DNA of 40,715 bases from Verrucomicrobiota bacterium. Lineage in GTDB: Bacteria; Verrucomicrobiota; Verrucomicrobiia; Limisphaerales; UBA1100. This document shows, piece by piece, positions 26,738 to 36,312 of this stretch. Every line of letters starts with the position of its first letter. Position 1 is the first letter of the stretch. The notes under the pieces were generated by a model. The model was given only the letters and a program-made list of their open reading frames with translations. It did not search any database and was not told the DNA's origin. The stretch is taken from contig JAPKDK010000002.1 in the NCBI GenBank assembly GCA_028872645.1, positions 1 to 40,715 on the forward strand. The letters run 5' to 3'. Position numbers and translations under genes: made by a program.

Positions 26738-27424
26738 ATGGCAGCCATTGAGGCAGAGAATTTGACGCGCGTTTATCGCGTGGGCGATGGGGAGGTGCGG
26801 GCCTTGGATGGTTTGAGTCTCTCGGTTCCAGAGGGCGAACTGGCGGCAGTGATGGGACCGAGCGGTTCGGGCAAGTCCACGCTGCTCGCGTTATTGGGTG
26901 GGTTGGACACGGCCACGGCGGGGCGTGTGAGCGTGCACGGCGAGGCGCTGGAAACGAAGTCTGCCGATGAACTGGCGACCTACCGGCGCGACTCGGTGGG
27001 ATTTATTTTTCAGGATTTCTTTTTGTTGGGGCATCTCACAGCGGAAGAAAACGTGGAGGTGCCCCTCAAGCTCGCCGGAATGGAGCGCACCGAGCGCCTC
27101 GCCCGCGCACGGGAATTGATCGAACAAGTGGGCCTCGGCCATCGGGGCGGGCATTTACCCAATCAACTTTCAGGCGGCGAACGCCAGCGCGTGGCGATTG
27201 CGCGCGCGCTTTCCAACCGACCCAAGTTGGTGTTGGCAGATGAGCCCACGGGGAATCTGGACGAAAAAACCGGGTACGAAATCGCAGATATGTTGGTGCA
27301 ACTTAATGCGGAGCAAAACATCGCGATGCTGCTGGTGACGCACAACCCGGTGGTAGCCGATCGCGCACAGCGACAATTCAGGCTCGGCAGCGGAAAGTTG
27401 ATTGAGGAAACGGTAAAGCCATGA
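26738..27424 (+). CDS. ABC transporter ATP-binding protein (MacB/LolD/FtsE subfamily)
   Basis: Walker A GPSGSGKST, signature LSGGERQRVAIARAL, Walker B LVLADEPTGNLD. 228 aa. Confidence 0.92.
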   Translation: MAAIEAENLTRVYRVGDGEVRALDGLSLSVPEGELAAVMGPSGSGKSTLLALLGGLDTATAGRVSVHGEALETKSADELATYRRDSVGFIFQDFFLLGHLTAEENVEVPLKLAGMERTERLARARELIEQVGLGHRGGHLPNQLSGGERQRVAIARALSNRPKLVLADEPTGNLDEKTGYEIADMLVQLNAEQNIAMLLVTHNPVVADRAQRQFRLGSGKLIEETVKP

Positions 27425-28902
27425 AGACGCGCGATTTATTTCATGACGTATTCCTGAACTTGACGCGCAAAAAAATGCGCACGGCGCTCACGATGGTGGG
27501 AGTGATCATCGGTGCGTTGGCGGTGGTCACCACGGTCTCGCTCGGGCACGGGCTTTCGTCGTTTCTCGATCAACAAGTGCGCGCCGTAGCCAATCCACTC
27601 ACGGTGGAGGCGTGGCCCAAGAAAGGGGGGCGGCCCGATCGCGCGGCGCGCAGTATGTTCAAGAACATCGGCAAGGCGCCACAGGAAATCAAAAAAGAAA
27701 AGGAGGATGATTTTTTTGGCTCGCTGAAAATCAAGACCATCGAAAATGAGATGGTGGAAAAAATGCGTAAGATCGACGGCGTGGAACGCGTACAGCCGAA
27801 GGTGTTCGTGCTGGCTCGTTCGGTACAGCTCGACGACGACACGCGCGAGTTCGACACCATCGTCGTGCCGTGGATCGATGCCGGCGCGCAAGTTCTTTCT
27901 ACCGGCCCGGGCTTCTCATCCATCGACGCGCGGGAGTGCATCATCTCCGAGGCCTATCTGGAGTCAATGGGGTTTGACAGCCCCGATCAATTGATGGGCC
28001 GCACGGTGACCATTCGCGTGACGGAACATCCGATGTTCGCGTTGGTCGGGCGCGGGGGGTTGGATTCATCGGCTTTGGAAAAATTTCAGAACATCGCCAC
28101 GTTGCTGAAAAATCCTCCGAAGAACCGCGTGCGGATGGTGTTCAACCTGTTTTTTCTGCTGCGCGATCTCGCCAATTCCGAGGAACTCAAGGCAATGGCG
28201 GAGCCTGAAGGCGAACCGGTGGAGTTCCGTGCCAAAGTGGTGGGCATCTCAAAGAAAGGTTTGCTCACCAACATCGTGTACGTGCCCGACGGATTCGCGA
28301 TGCAAATGGGCCGCGTGCTTTTTAATAACGAAGAAATGTACACCGAAAAAAACTGGGGCATGGGCATGGTCCTGCTGGCCAAAACCAAGGCAGACGTGCC
28401 GCGTGTGAGAGCAGCGGTGGAAGAGATGGGTTTCCGCGCACACACCATGGAGGATCTCATCGGTAAACTGCATGATTTTTTCGCCACGCTGCAAAGCATC
28501 ATGGTTCTCTTCGGTAGCATCGCATTTTTCGTGGCCACGTTTTCCATCGTAAATACACTGCTGATGGCGGTGGTGGAGCGCAAGCGCGAAATCGGCGTGC
28601 TGCAGGCACTCGGTGCCACGCGCGGACATATCATGAAAATGTTCGCCTGTGAAGCTGCGGCCATCGGCCTGCTCGGCGGATTGCTCGGTGGGCTGGCAGG
28701 TTGGGTAATGGCCCAGGCCGGCAACGCCTTTTCGCATTATAAATGGGGTCACATCATCGGCTCGGCAGATTTATTTGTGATGCCCGGTTGGCTGTTTCCC
28801 GTGCTACTTGTTTTCACCACGCTACTTGGGCTTGTTGCCGGCGTGTACCCCGCCTGGCGCGCATCACGGCTTGATCCTGTCGCGGCACTTCGGTACGAAT
28901 AA
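27421..28902 (+). CDS. ABC transporter permease, FtsX/MacB type with a large extracytoplasmic domain
   Basis: ATGA overlap with the ATPase gene. N-terminal TM, then roughly 330 aa of soluble domain, then a C-terminal FtsX bundle (VERKREIGVLQALGATRGHI plus 3 TM helices). Confidence 0.87.
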   Translation: MKTRDLFHDVFLNLTRKKMRTALTMVGVIIGALAVVTTVSLGHGLSSFLDQQVRAVANPLTVEAWPKKGGRPDRAARSMFKNIGKAPQEIKKEKEDDFFGSLKIKTIENEMVEKMRKIDGVERVQPKVFVLARSVQLDDDTREFDTIVVPWIDAGAQVLSTGPGFSSIDARECIISEAYLESMGFDSPDQLMGRTVTIRVTEHPMFALVGRGGLDSSALEKFQNIATLLKNPPKNRVRMVFNLFFLLRDLANSEELKAMAEPEGEPVEFRAKVVGISKKGLLTNIVYVPDGFAMQMGRVLFNNEEMYTEKNWGMGMVLLAKTKADVPRVRAAVEEMGFRAHTMEDLIGKLHDFFATLQSIMVLFGSIAFFVATFSIVNTLLMAVVERKREIGVLQALGATRGHIMKMFACEAAAIGLLGGLLGGLAGWVMAQAGNAFSHYKWGHIIGSADLFVMPGWLFPVLLVFTTLLGLVAGVYPAWRASRLDPVAALRYE

Positions 28903-28922
28903 TTTTTAACCCCGTCTGAATC

Positions 28923-29720
28923 GTGCCTCAACCAAACATCCCCGTTTTCCAAGTTGATGCCTTTGCATCCGGACCCTTTACAGGCAATCCCGCAGCGGTG
29001 TGTTTGCTGGAAAACGAAGCTGAGGAAAGCTGGATGCAGTCGGTGGCAACGGAGATGAATCTTTCGGAGACGGCATTTATTGTGCCACGCAATGATGACT
29101 TTGGACTGCGATGGTTCACGCCCGCGACGGAAGTAGATTTGTGCGGGCACGCCACACTCGCCAGCGCGCACACGCTTTGGGAAACGGGGCGGTTAACTGA
29201 AACTGCGACTGCCAAGTTTCACACACGCAGTGGTGTGCTCACGGCGAAGCAGGCGGGCGATTGGATTGAACTGGATTTTCCCGTCACACCGGCCGAGGCC
29301 ATTGAAGCACCGGCGGGGTTGTCGGATTTGCTTGGGAGTGTCCCAAAGTTTGTCGGGCGCAGCCGGTTTGATTTGTTGATGGAGCTTTCCGATGCCGAAG
29401 AACTGCGCGACTTGAATCCCGACTTCGCAGGCTTGAGCCGGTTCCCTGTGCGCGGCTTTATCGTTACTGCGCCTTCGGATGTGCCTGAGTACGATTTTCT
29501 ATCCCGGTTTTTTGCCCCTGCCGAATGTGTCAATGAAGACCCCGTCACCGGCTCGGCGCATTGCGCGCTGGCGCCATTTTGGGCGGAACGTTTGGGTAAG
29601 AACGAAATGACGGCCTTCCAAGCCTCACCGCGCGGTGGCGTGGTGAAAGTGAAATTGGTGGGAGACCGGGTTTTGTTGCGCGGCCAAGCAGTGACAGTTT
29701 TGCGCGGGGAATTAGCCTAG
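28923..29720 (+). CDS. PhzF-family isomerase-like protein
   Basis: GTG start. IPVFQVDAFASGPFTGNPAAV, ETAFI, LCGHATLASAH, DPVTGSAHCAL. 265 aa. Confidence 0.87.
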   Translation: MPQPNIPVFQVDAFASGPFTGNPAAVCLLENEAEESWMQSVATEMNLSETAFIVPRNDDFGLRWFTPATEVDLCGHATLASAHTLWETGRLTETATAKFHTRSGVLTAKQAGDWIELDFPVTPAEAIEAPAGLSDLLGSVPKFVGRSRFDLLMELSDAEELRDLNPDFAGLSRFPVRGFIVTAPSDVPEYDFLSRFFAPAECVNEDPVTGSAHCALAPFWAERLGKNEMTAFQASPRGGVVKVKLVGDRVLLRGQAVTVLRGELA

Positions 29721-31051
29721 TTGGTCTTTTGGGCACGGTTTTTCAACTGATCGACCATGACGGCGATTAAAATTACTACGCCGTAAACCACACTCTGCAT
29801 ATGGGCTTCCACGCCGGTGAGGTTCATGCCGTTTCGGATGACTCCGATGATGAGTGCGCCCACCAGGGTGCCAAAGATTTTACCCTGACCACCGGCTAGA
29901 CTGGTGCCGCCTACGACGACTGCAGCGATCACCTGGAGCTCGACTAATGTCCCAGATTTTGGATCGCCGGTGATATGCAGAGAAGCTTCCATTACGCCGC
30001 CCAACCCAGCAAGAAGGCCGCAAAGAGTGTAAACAAAAACCAAAACCCATTTCACCGGGACACCTGATAAACGGGCAGCTTCAGGATTCCCTCCTACTGC
30101 ATAAATGTAACGACCGATGGAAGTGTGGGTCATGATGACATGAGCGATCCCGTAAAGTAGCAGCATGAGCACGACCGAATTAGGGAGTCCCATAAGGTCT
30201 GAACCGCGCCCCAACCAGGCAAACCCTTCGTTAGCAATAGGTATCGGTGCCGATTGAGAAAATATAAAGGCCAAACCCTTCGCGATAAACATGACTCCCA
30301 GAGTGACGATGAAAGCGGGGATGTTAAAAAGCGTGACTAATCCTCCGGTCCCCATACCGATAAGCGCACATACGAGAATTCCCGCGGCGCATCCGAGTAC
30401 TAGGTGTCCGGTGGTGGGATCGGCACCGCCGGAGAGTTGCTGAATAGAAAGTGCAGTGATAACGCCGCTAAAGGCAATCAAGCTACCCACTGAGAGATCA
30501 ATCCCTGCAGTGATAATCACCATGGTCATGCCGATGGCAATAATGGCGACGACTGATATTTGCTTGAGTACGTTAAGTAAGTTCTCTTTTTTTAGGAAGT
30601 TCGGCCAAAGGTGCTTCTTTGGTTGATAAGCGGTGGTATTGGCAAGGGTGGGATACTTTTTAGATAGATTTGGAAGTTGTTCGAGGCAAAAAGCTGCCAT
30701 GTGCTCGTCTGTGGCTATGACATCGAGGGCTTCAGTCTGTTTTCCCAGCGCGGCTCGGGCATCTGCTGGAGTCCCAACGACCGTGTCGGTTACATTGAGG
30801 CCGGCTTTTGAGAGAGTGTTTTTTAGTGTGTTGGCAAACTCCTGTTGGCCTTCGCCTCTACGTACGAGTATGAGGATATTGGCATCCTTTCCAGCGTCTC
30901 CGACGATTATCGCGGCCAGATTTTCGGCGGCGGCCGTGCTGCGGGGCGATTGCTCCTCCAGTGTCACAACACTGATGACTACACAAAGAAGTAATAGCAC
31001 GAGGACATTGCCGTAGTCTGATAGTAGTTTTCCGGTATCCAGATTTTTCAT
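29717..31051 (-). CDS. Sugar ABC transporter permease (RbsC/AraH family) with a ~120-aa insert after TM1
   Basis: 444 aa. Core NLLNVLKQISVVAIIAIGMTMVIITAGIDLSVGS. ATGA overlap with the upstream ATPase. The insert lies between TM1 and the PNF...NLLN segment. Confidence 0.87.
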   Translation of the reverse strand: MKNLDTGKLLSDYGNVLVLLLLCVVISVVTLEEQSPRSTAAAENLAAIIVGDAGKDANILILVRRGEGQQEFANTLKNTLSKAGLNVTDTVVGTPADARAALGKQTEALDVIATDEHMAAFCLEQLPNLSKKYPTLANTTAYQPKKHLWPNFLKKENLLNVLKQISVVAIIAIGMTMVIITAGIDLSVGSLIAFSGVITALSIQQLSGGADPTTGHLVLGCAAGILVCALIGMGTGGLVTLFNIPAFIVTLGVMFIAKGLAFIFSQSAPIPIANEGFAWLGRGSDLMGLPNSVVLMLLLYGIAHVIMTHTSIGRYIYAVGGNPEAARLSGVPVKWVLVFVYTLCGLLAGLGGVMEASLHITGDPKSGTLVELQVIAAVVVGGTSLAGGQGKIFGTLVGALIIGVIRNGMNLTGVEAHMQSVVYGVVILIAVMVDQLKNRAQKTN

Positions 31052-32562
31052 GCAGCCATTTCCTCACGCAGAGTTGCGAGTTTCATAATGTCTTCCTGGG
31101 TGGCGTTGGTGACATCACTAATTTCTCCAGTGACTCGTCCTTCATTCATGACAATGATGCGGTTACTCATGCCAAGAATTTCCGGGAGCTCGGAGCTGAT
31201 CATCAGGACCGCCTTCCCTTCATCAGTGAGTTGGTGAATGAGTTGGTAAATCTCGTATTTTGCACCCACGTCAATGCCCCGAGTGGGTTCATCAAAAATG
31301 ATTACTTCTGCATTTCGCTGCAACCACTTGGCAAGGACGACTTTTTGCTGGTTACCTCCAGAGAGAGTGGCTGCTGATTGTTCGTGGTTGGCAATTTTAA
31401 TCTTAATCTGCTTCACATACTTCGCGAAGGCATCGCTTTCCTGCTCTCGATTGATCAGCCCTTTATGGGTGAATTGATGCAGGCTGGGTAAGCCAAAGTT
31501 TTCCTGCACCGCGAGGCCGAGCACCAGTCCCTCTGATTTGCGGTCTTCAGTGAGCAGGCAAATGCCGCATCGAATGGCATCGCGTGGGGAAGTAGCACCA
31601 ATGGATTTTCCGTCCAGCTCCACGGTGCCAGAGTCCTTCTTATCCGCACCGAAAATCAATCGGGCTGTTTCCGTTCGACCTGCTCCAACCAGTCCGGTGA
31701 GGCCGACAATTTCACCCGCTCGCAGTTCAAAGGAAACATTGCGAACCTTGGTGCCGCGGCTAAGATTTTTTACTGCCAATCGAACGTCCCCAGGTTGGCA
31801 TTCGTGGGAAGGGAATTCTTTGTCCAGGCTACGGCCGACCATCAGTTCGATCATTTCATGCCGCTCTAGATCTTCTTTTGCACGCGTAGTTACATGGGCA
31901 CCGTCTCGCAACACAGTGACGCGATCAGCAATGGCATCAATTTCATCCAGGCGGTGGCTGATGTAAATAATGCCAATACCCTGCGAGCGTAATTCTCGGA
32001 CAACTGTGAGCAGACATTCTACCTCGCGGGAAGTGAGGGCGGCGGTGGGCTCATCCATCATAATAATTCGAGCATCCTGTGCCAGTGCTTTGGCAATCTC
32101 CACGATTTGCTGTTGGGCCACGGTGAGATCACGACAGAGGGTGTTGGGATTAATCTCCACGCCAATTCTGGCAAACAACTCGCGGGACTTTTCCTCCTCT
32201 TGCGCTCGTGGAATAAAGCAAACCCGAGAAGGTTCCTGCCCGAGAAAAATGTTTTCACGGGCTGTTAAACCGGGGACTAAATTAAACTCCTGATAGATGA
32301 TTCCAATGCCCGCAGATTGGGCTTTTAGAGGATTATTGAGGCGCACCAAATTTCCATCAATCTCTATACTCCCCTCATCTTGCTGATGTGCTCCTCCAAG
32401 AATTTTAATCAGGGTGCTTTTACCGGCACCGTTTTCACCGAGCAGAGCCAACACTTCACCTGCGAATAGCGTGAGATTCACCTTGCTCAGTGCCTGTACG
32501 CCAGGAAAGGCTTTGCTGATGCCGCGCATCCGGAGCAACGGCGTTTGGGCGGCGTCCGCCAT
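31048..32562 (-). CDS. Sugar ABC transporter ATP-binding protein, duplicated cassette (RbsA/MglA type)
   Basis: 504 aa. Walker A GENGAGKST and GLVGAGRTE. Second signature LSGGNQQKVVLAKWL. Walker B IIMMDEPT and VIIFDEPT. Confidence 0.93.
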   Translation of the reverse strand: MADAAQTPLLRMRGISKAFPGVQALSKVNLTLFAGEVLALLGENGAGKSTLIKILGGAHQQDEGSIEIDGNLVRLNNPLKAQSAGIGIIYQEFNLVPGLTARENIFLGQEPSRVCFIPRAQEEEKSRELFARIGVEINPNTLCRDLTVAQQQIVEIAKALAQDARIIMMDEPTAALTSREVECLLTVVRELRSQGIGIIYISHRLDEIDAIADRVTVLRDGAHVTTRAKEDLERHEMIELMVGRSLDKEFPSHECQPGDVRLAVKNLSRGTKVRNVSFELRAGEIVGLTGLVGAGRTETARLIFGADKKDSGTVELDGKSIGATSPRDAIRCGICLLTEDRKSEGLVLGLAVQENFGLPSLHQFTHKGLINREQESDAFAKYVKQIKIKIANHEQSAATLSGGNQQKVVLAKWLQRNAEVIIFDEPTRGIDVGAKYEIYQLIHQLTDEGKAVLMISSELPEILGMSNRIIVMNEGRVTGEISDVTNATQEDIMKLATLREEMAA

Positions 32563-32565
32563 GAA

Positions 32566-33558
32566 TTATTTTAGTTCAGGATCCTGATCCGCCTCGGCTT
32601 TGGTGTAGAGGGTCGCGGGGATAAGCGTTTCCGGCTCGAAGCTTTCACCCGCTTGATATTTGATGACTAGTTGAACAATTTGTTTACCCATTTTATCCGG
32701 ATGTTGAATAGGGTCGGCATAGATTTTACCGTCTTTGATGGCTTGCTTGCCATCAAGTTGACCGTCGAATCCGATAATTTTAATTTTGGCCTCCCGATTG
32801 GCCTCTTTTACTGCGGTGTACGCACCGAGTGCGGAAGGGTCATTGATGGCAAAGATCGCATCAAGATCTTCATGGGCCTGCAAGGCATCAGCGGTTGACT
32901 GATAGCCCTTGGTGCGATCTCCATTGCCATCAAGTTCGGATACAATTTCAACTTTTCCATCTGCTTCTTTGTTGTGGGCATTAATCACTTTTTTAAATCC
33001 GTCCACTCGCAAAACACAAGAGTGAGCTCTCTTTAGATCCAGAATCAGCACTTTACCGCCTTTTTCACCGAGTGCATCAATCATGGCTTTGCCGGCAAGT
33101 TCTCCACCTTGGAAGTTGTCAGTGCCAACATGGCCTTCGATTTTCACGCCATCAGCTGCACACTTGGCGTCCACAGTGAAAACGGGAATCCCTGCTTTAT
33201 TGGCAGCTTGCACAGCGGGTCCTACCGATAGTCGATCACAGGGGACAAGGACAATGGCTGTAACATTTTTAGCAATGAAATCATCGATCTGATCAGATTG
33301 TTTTTTCACATCGTAGTCTGGATCCACGATCAGGATTTCGTAACCGTTCTTTTCTGCTTCCGCCCGAATATGGTCACCAATTACGCTGAAAAATGGGTTG
33401 GAAAGAGTTTGAGGAGTGTAGGCAATGATACCCTTTGTTTTTTCAGCGTTCTCGCCATTTACACCGGTATTGGCAGGTGCGGTGGCCTCTTGATTGCCGC
33501 CACACCCCAGCCATGTGGTGAGTAGGATTGCTGGAAGTAGAGTCAGGTTTTTTTTCAT
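32566..33558 (-). CDS. Sugar-binding periplasmic protein (RbsB-like, type I PBP), lipoprotein
   Basis: 330 aa. Signal plus LGC box (LTTWLGCGG). PBP-I pattern (NPFF, VDGI..., FTVD, GFDG). Confidence 0.9.
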   Translation of the reverse strand: MKKNLTLLPAILLTTWLGCGGNQEATAPANTGVNGENAEKTKGIIAYTPQTLSNPFFSVIGDHIRAEAEKNGYEILIVDPDYDVKKQSDQIDDFIAKNVTAIVLVPCDRLSVGPAVQAANKAGIPVFTVDAKCAADGVKIEGHVGTDNFQGGELAGKAMIDALGEKGGKVLILDLKRAHSCVLRVDGFKKVINAHNKEADGKVEIVSELDGNGDRTKGYQSTADALQAHEDLDAIFAINDPSALGAYTAVKEANREAKIKIIGFDGQLDGKQAIKDGKIYADPIQHPDKMGKQIVQLVIKYQAGESFEPETLIPATLYTKAEADQDPELK

Positions 33559-33560
33559 GA

Positions 33561-36113
33561 TTACTTTTTAAAGACTGAATGGTTGCGGTCGCCGCCACTG
33601 AGGATGTAGGCGAGTAAATCCATCACTTCATCCTCACGCATTAGGTTTAACAGGCCTGGAGGCATGGGGGACACTTTTGAGGGTTCAATGCTCTTAACCT
33701 CGGGGCGATTTATATTTACGCGTTGGTTGGGGTCGAACATGTCGGTATTCACTGTGACACGATCACCGTTCATATTCACGACTACGCCGGTGATTAGATC
33801 ACCGTTTTTCATTTTCACCACCACCGGCACGAACTGTTCATTGATTTCCTTGCTCGGGTTGATGATCTGCTCGAGCAGATCATGGGCTGAATAGCGTCCA
33901 CCGGCTCCGGTAAGGTCAGGGCCGGTCATTCCACCCTCATTGGCAAACCGGTGACAAGCAAAGCAGCCCCCGGCGGCAAACATTTTGCGCCCTCTTTCAA
34001 AGTTACGGTTCTTCAATTTTGTTTTTGCTACCCCGCTGAGTTCCTTAAGTTTCCATTCCTTCACAAAATTACGCCCGATCATGGCCTGGGCCATGATCTC
34101 ATAGGGGGATTTCTGTTTGGGTTTTTTTGCAAGCAAACCTTTTAACTGCTCGCGGCTCTTGGCATCTAGGCTGGTCTCGGCATCCCGTCGAATGAATTCA
34201 ATGAACTTACTAAAGCTGGCTCCGCCGCGGTAGTTGAACGCCTTTAGGAACCAGTTGAAGTAGGATTCACGGAGTTCCATTGTCCAGCCTTGCTTCAACA
34301 TTCGCAGTGACCGAGCATATTCTATTTGCTCCTCCTGAGTGGCTGCTCCGTTTAGTAATTGAATACCCTTAGTGGCAGTATTGGGTGCCTGCAGATAGGC
34401 CAGCGTCTCACACAACAGCCAGTTTTGCTCGAAGTCAGGCGCCGGGAAATGAGGATCAAGCTGGCCAACAATCTTGGCCACGGCGCGCGAGTTGGGTTCG
34501 CCAAAACGCACCAAGGCGATCTGATATGTGCGCACGAGGGTGAGCTTGCCCTGATGATCGAGTTGATTCCATTTCACCTGAGAAAGGGCCTTGAAAATCG
34601 GGTTGGATGTGGGGCGATCCACTTCCGCTAAATCCGCTGGCGCGTCTGGCTTTCTATTTTTCGGATCCGAACCCACCACCTTGCTCAAACCGAGCAGAGC
34701 GACCACGCGCTTGTTGGGATCCTTCTCGCCCAACGCGCGATTGCGCCACTGCTCCACGGGCTGATGCATCACCGCCGTCATGGCAGCCCAACGCACAAAA
34801 CGGTCAGGATGGCTCAAGTGTGGCCAAGCGGTTGTTACAGCGTTCTTGTGTTGAACGCCGTGAAACTTTTCCAGCTTATGACGAAGCTCGGTTAGTTTGT
34901 TCTGTTTGGGTGCATGTTTTACAAGTGCTGTAGATTCTTTTCCAGTGTAGGTCACGCGGTACAATCCGGACTGCACCTTGCGGCCACCAATCGTGAAATA
35001 CATCGCCCTATCGACAGGATGAATGATCACGTCGGTTACTGGAAGCGGACTACCGGTGATGAAGGTTTCCTTGGTGGCCGTATAGCTGGAACCGTCGGGC
35101 TTCAGGTGCACGGCATGAATTTTTCCCCAGCTCCAGTCGAGGATATACATGGCATCCTGATACTTGGCGGGAAACTTTGCACCATAGCCGAAAGTCACCC
35201 CTGTGGGTGAGCCCGGGCCAATATTGATTACCGGCGGCAGAGTGTCCGGATAAAACTCCGGCCGCTTGCCGGTGCCATTGCGCCATCCGTACATCGAGCC
35301 ACTGGTCACGTGATTGATGCGCGTGGGGCGATACCATGAGGTATTGAAATCATACTCCATGTCCGCATCATAGGCAAAAAGCTCACCATCACGGTTCACA
35401 CCTCCGTCGTAAATATTGCGATAACCCGAGGAAACAATTTCCCACGTTTTGCCATCCAATGAGACCTTGTAAATTATACCACCGGGAGCGAGCCGGTCCC
35501 GGTTGTGGCCGCGACCATCTGGCATACGCGGTAGAAGGTGATCCTCACCCCAATGCATCGGCACACGCGAAGTTTGCGTCTTGAGTGGCGCGGTATTGTT
35601 ACCGGTGATGAGATAGAGCGTGCCCTTCGGTCCGGGCAAAATAGCGTGGATACCGTGATCACCGCGCGCAGTCAGCTCGCGCAGGTGCTCCACCTTGTCC
35701 AGCTTATCGTCACCATTTGAGTCGGTTACGCGATATAATCCGCTGGGGAACTTGCGCTCGTAATCATTCACCCCCACGTACAGTGCGCCTGCCGCCCAAA
35801 GCAGGCCGTTGGCCGCGCGAATCTTGGCCGGCACCGCTTCGATGTCCGATTGCTTGAGCATTTCCCCGGCCGCCGGCGGGCTGAAGCGGTACAGCCCTCC
35901 AAATTGATCGCTTACGATGATGCGCCCCTTATCATCGTGACACATTGCCACCCATGAGCCCTGTGCTGGCTTGGGCACTGAATAGAGAAGCTCCACCTTG
36001 AAGCCATCAACTGCTTTGATGTTCCTAATTGGGGTGGCTGAATCTGCGACCGATTGGGCATGGGCGGAAATACCCAGGGTGAACACAACTAAAGAGACAA
36101 AAATATGTAACAT
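33561..36113 (-). CDS. PVC-type membrane-bound dehydrogenase domain / HEAT-like / cytochrome c fusion protein
   Basis: Track ORF 33561..36155, with the start moved to ATG 36113 (MLHIFVSLVVFTLGISAHAQ, a signal peptide). N-terminal propeller-like region, helical middle, C-terminal heme motif GGCFACHRF. 850 aa. A 2-nt gap separates it from the binding-protein gene. Confidence 0.82.
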   Translation of the reverse strand: MLHIFVSLVVFTLGISAHAQSVADSATPIRNIKAVDGFKVELLYSVPKPAQGSWVAMCHDDKGRIIVSDQFGGLYRFSPPAAGEMLKQSDIEAVPAKIRAANGLLWAAGALYVGVNDYERKFPSGLYRVTDSNGDDKLDKVEHLRELTARGDHGIHAILPGPKGTLYLITGNNTAPLKTQTSRVPMHWGEDHLLPRMPDGRGHNRDRLAPGGIIYKVSLDGKTWEIVSSGYRNIYDGGVNRDGELFAYDADMEYDFNTSWYRPTRINHVTSGSMYGWRNGTGKRPEFYPDTLPPVINIGPGSPTGVTFGYGAKFPAKYQDAMYILDWSWGKIHAVHLKPDGSSYTATKETFITGSPLPVTDVIIHPVDRAMYFTIGGRKVQSGLYRVTYTGKESTALVKHAPKQNKLTELRHKLEKFHGVQHKNAVTTAWPHLSHPDRFVRWAAMTAVMHQPVEQWRNRALGEKDPNKRVVALLGLSKVVGSDPKNRKPDAPADLAEVDRPTSNPIFKALSQVKWNQLDHQGKLTLVRTYQIALVRFGEPNSRAVAKIVGQLDPHFPAPDFEQNWLLCETLAYLQAPNTATKGIQLLNGAATQEEQIEYARSLRMLKQGWTMELRESYFNWFLKAFNYRGGASFSKFIEFIRRDAETSLDAKSREQLKGLLAKKPKQKSPYEIMAQAMIGRNFVKEWKLKELSGVAKTKLKNRNFERGRKMFAAGGCFACHRFANEGGMTGPDLTGAGGRYSAHDLLEQIINPSKEINEQFVPVVVKMKNGDLITGVVVNMNGDRVTVNTDMFDPNQRVNINRPEVKSIEPSKVSPMPPGLLNLMREDEVMDLLAYILSGGDRNHSVFKK

Positions 36114-36312
36114 GATCCGGTCCAGAAAATACACACTGCAGCCACTCAATGCCAATGAAAAGGAATTTGGCCTAGATTCAAAGCCCGATTAATCCGCTTT
36201 TACTTGTCCTTGGATTCTTTCTTTTTGCCCTTTTGGGCAGCCTTCAATTCCTTGAGCTTGCCCTGCTGTTCGCCGATGAGGAGTTCATCAATTGGCGCTT
36301 TGGCTCGTCGGA

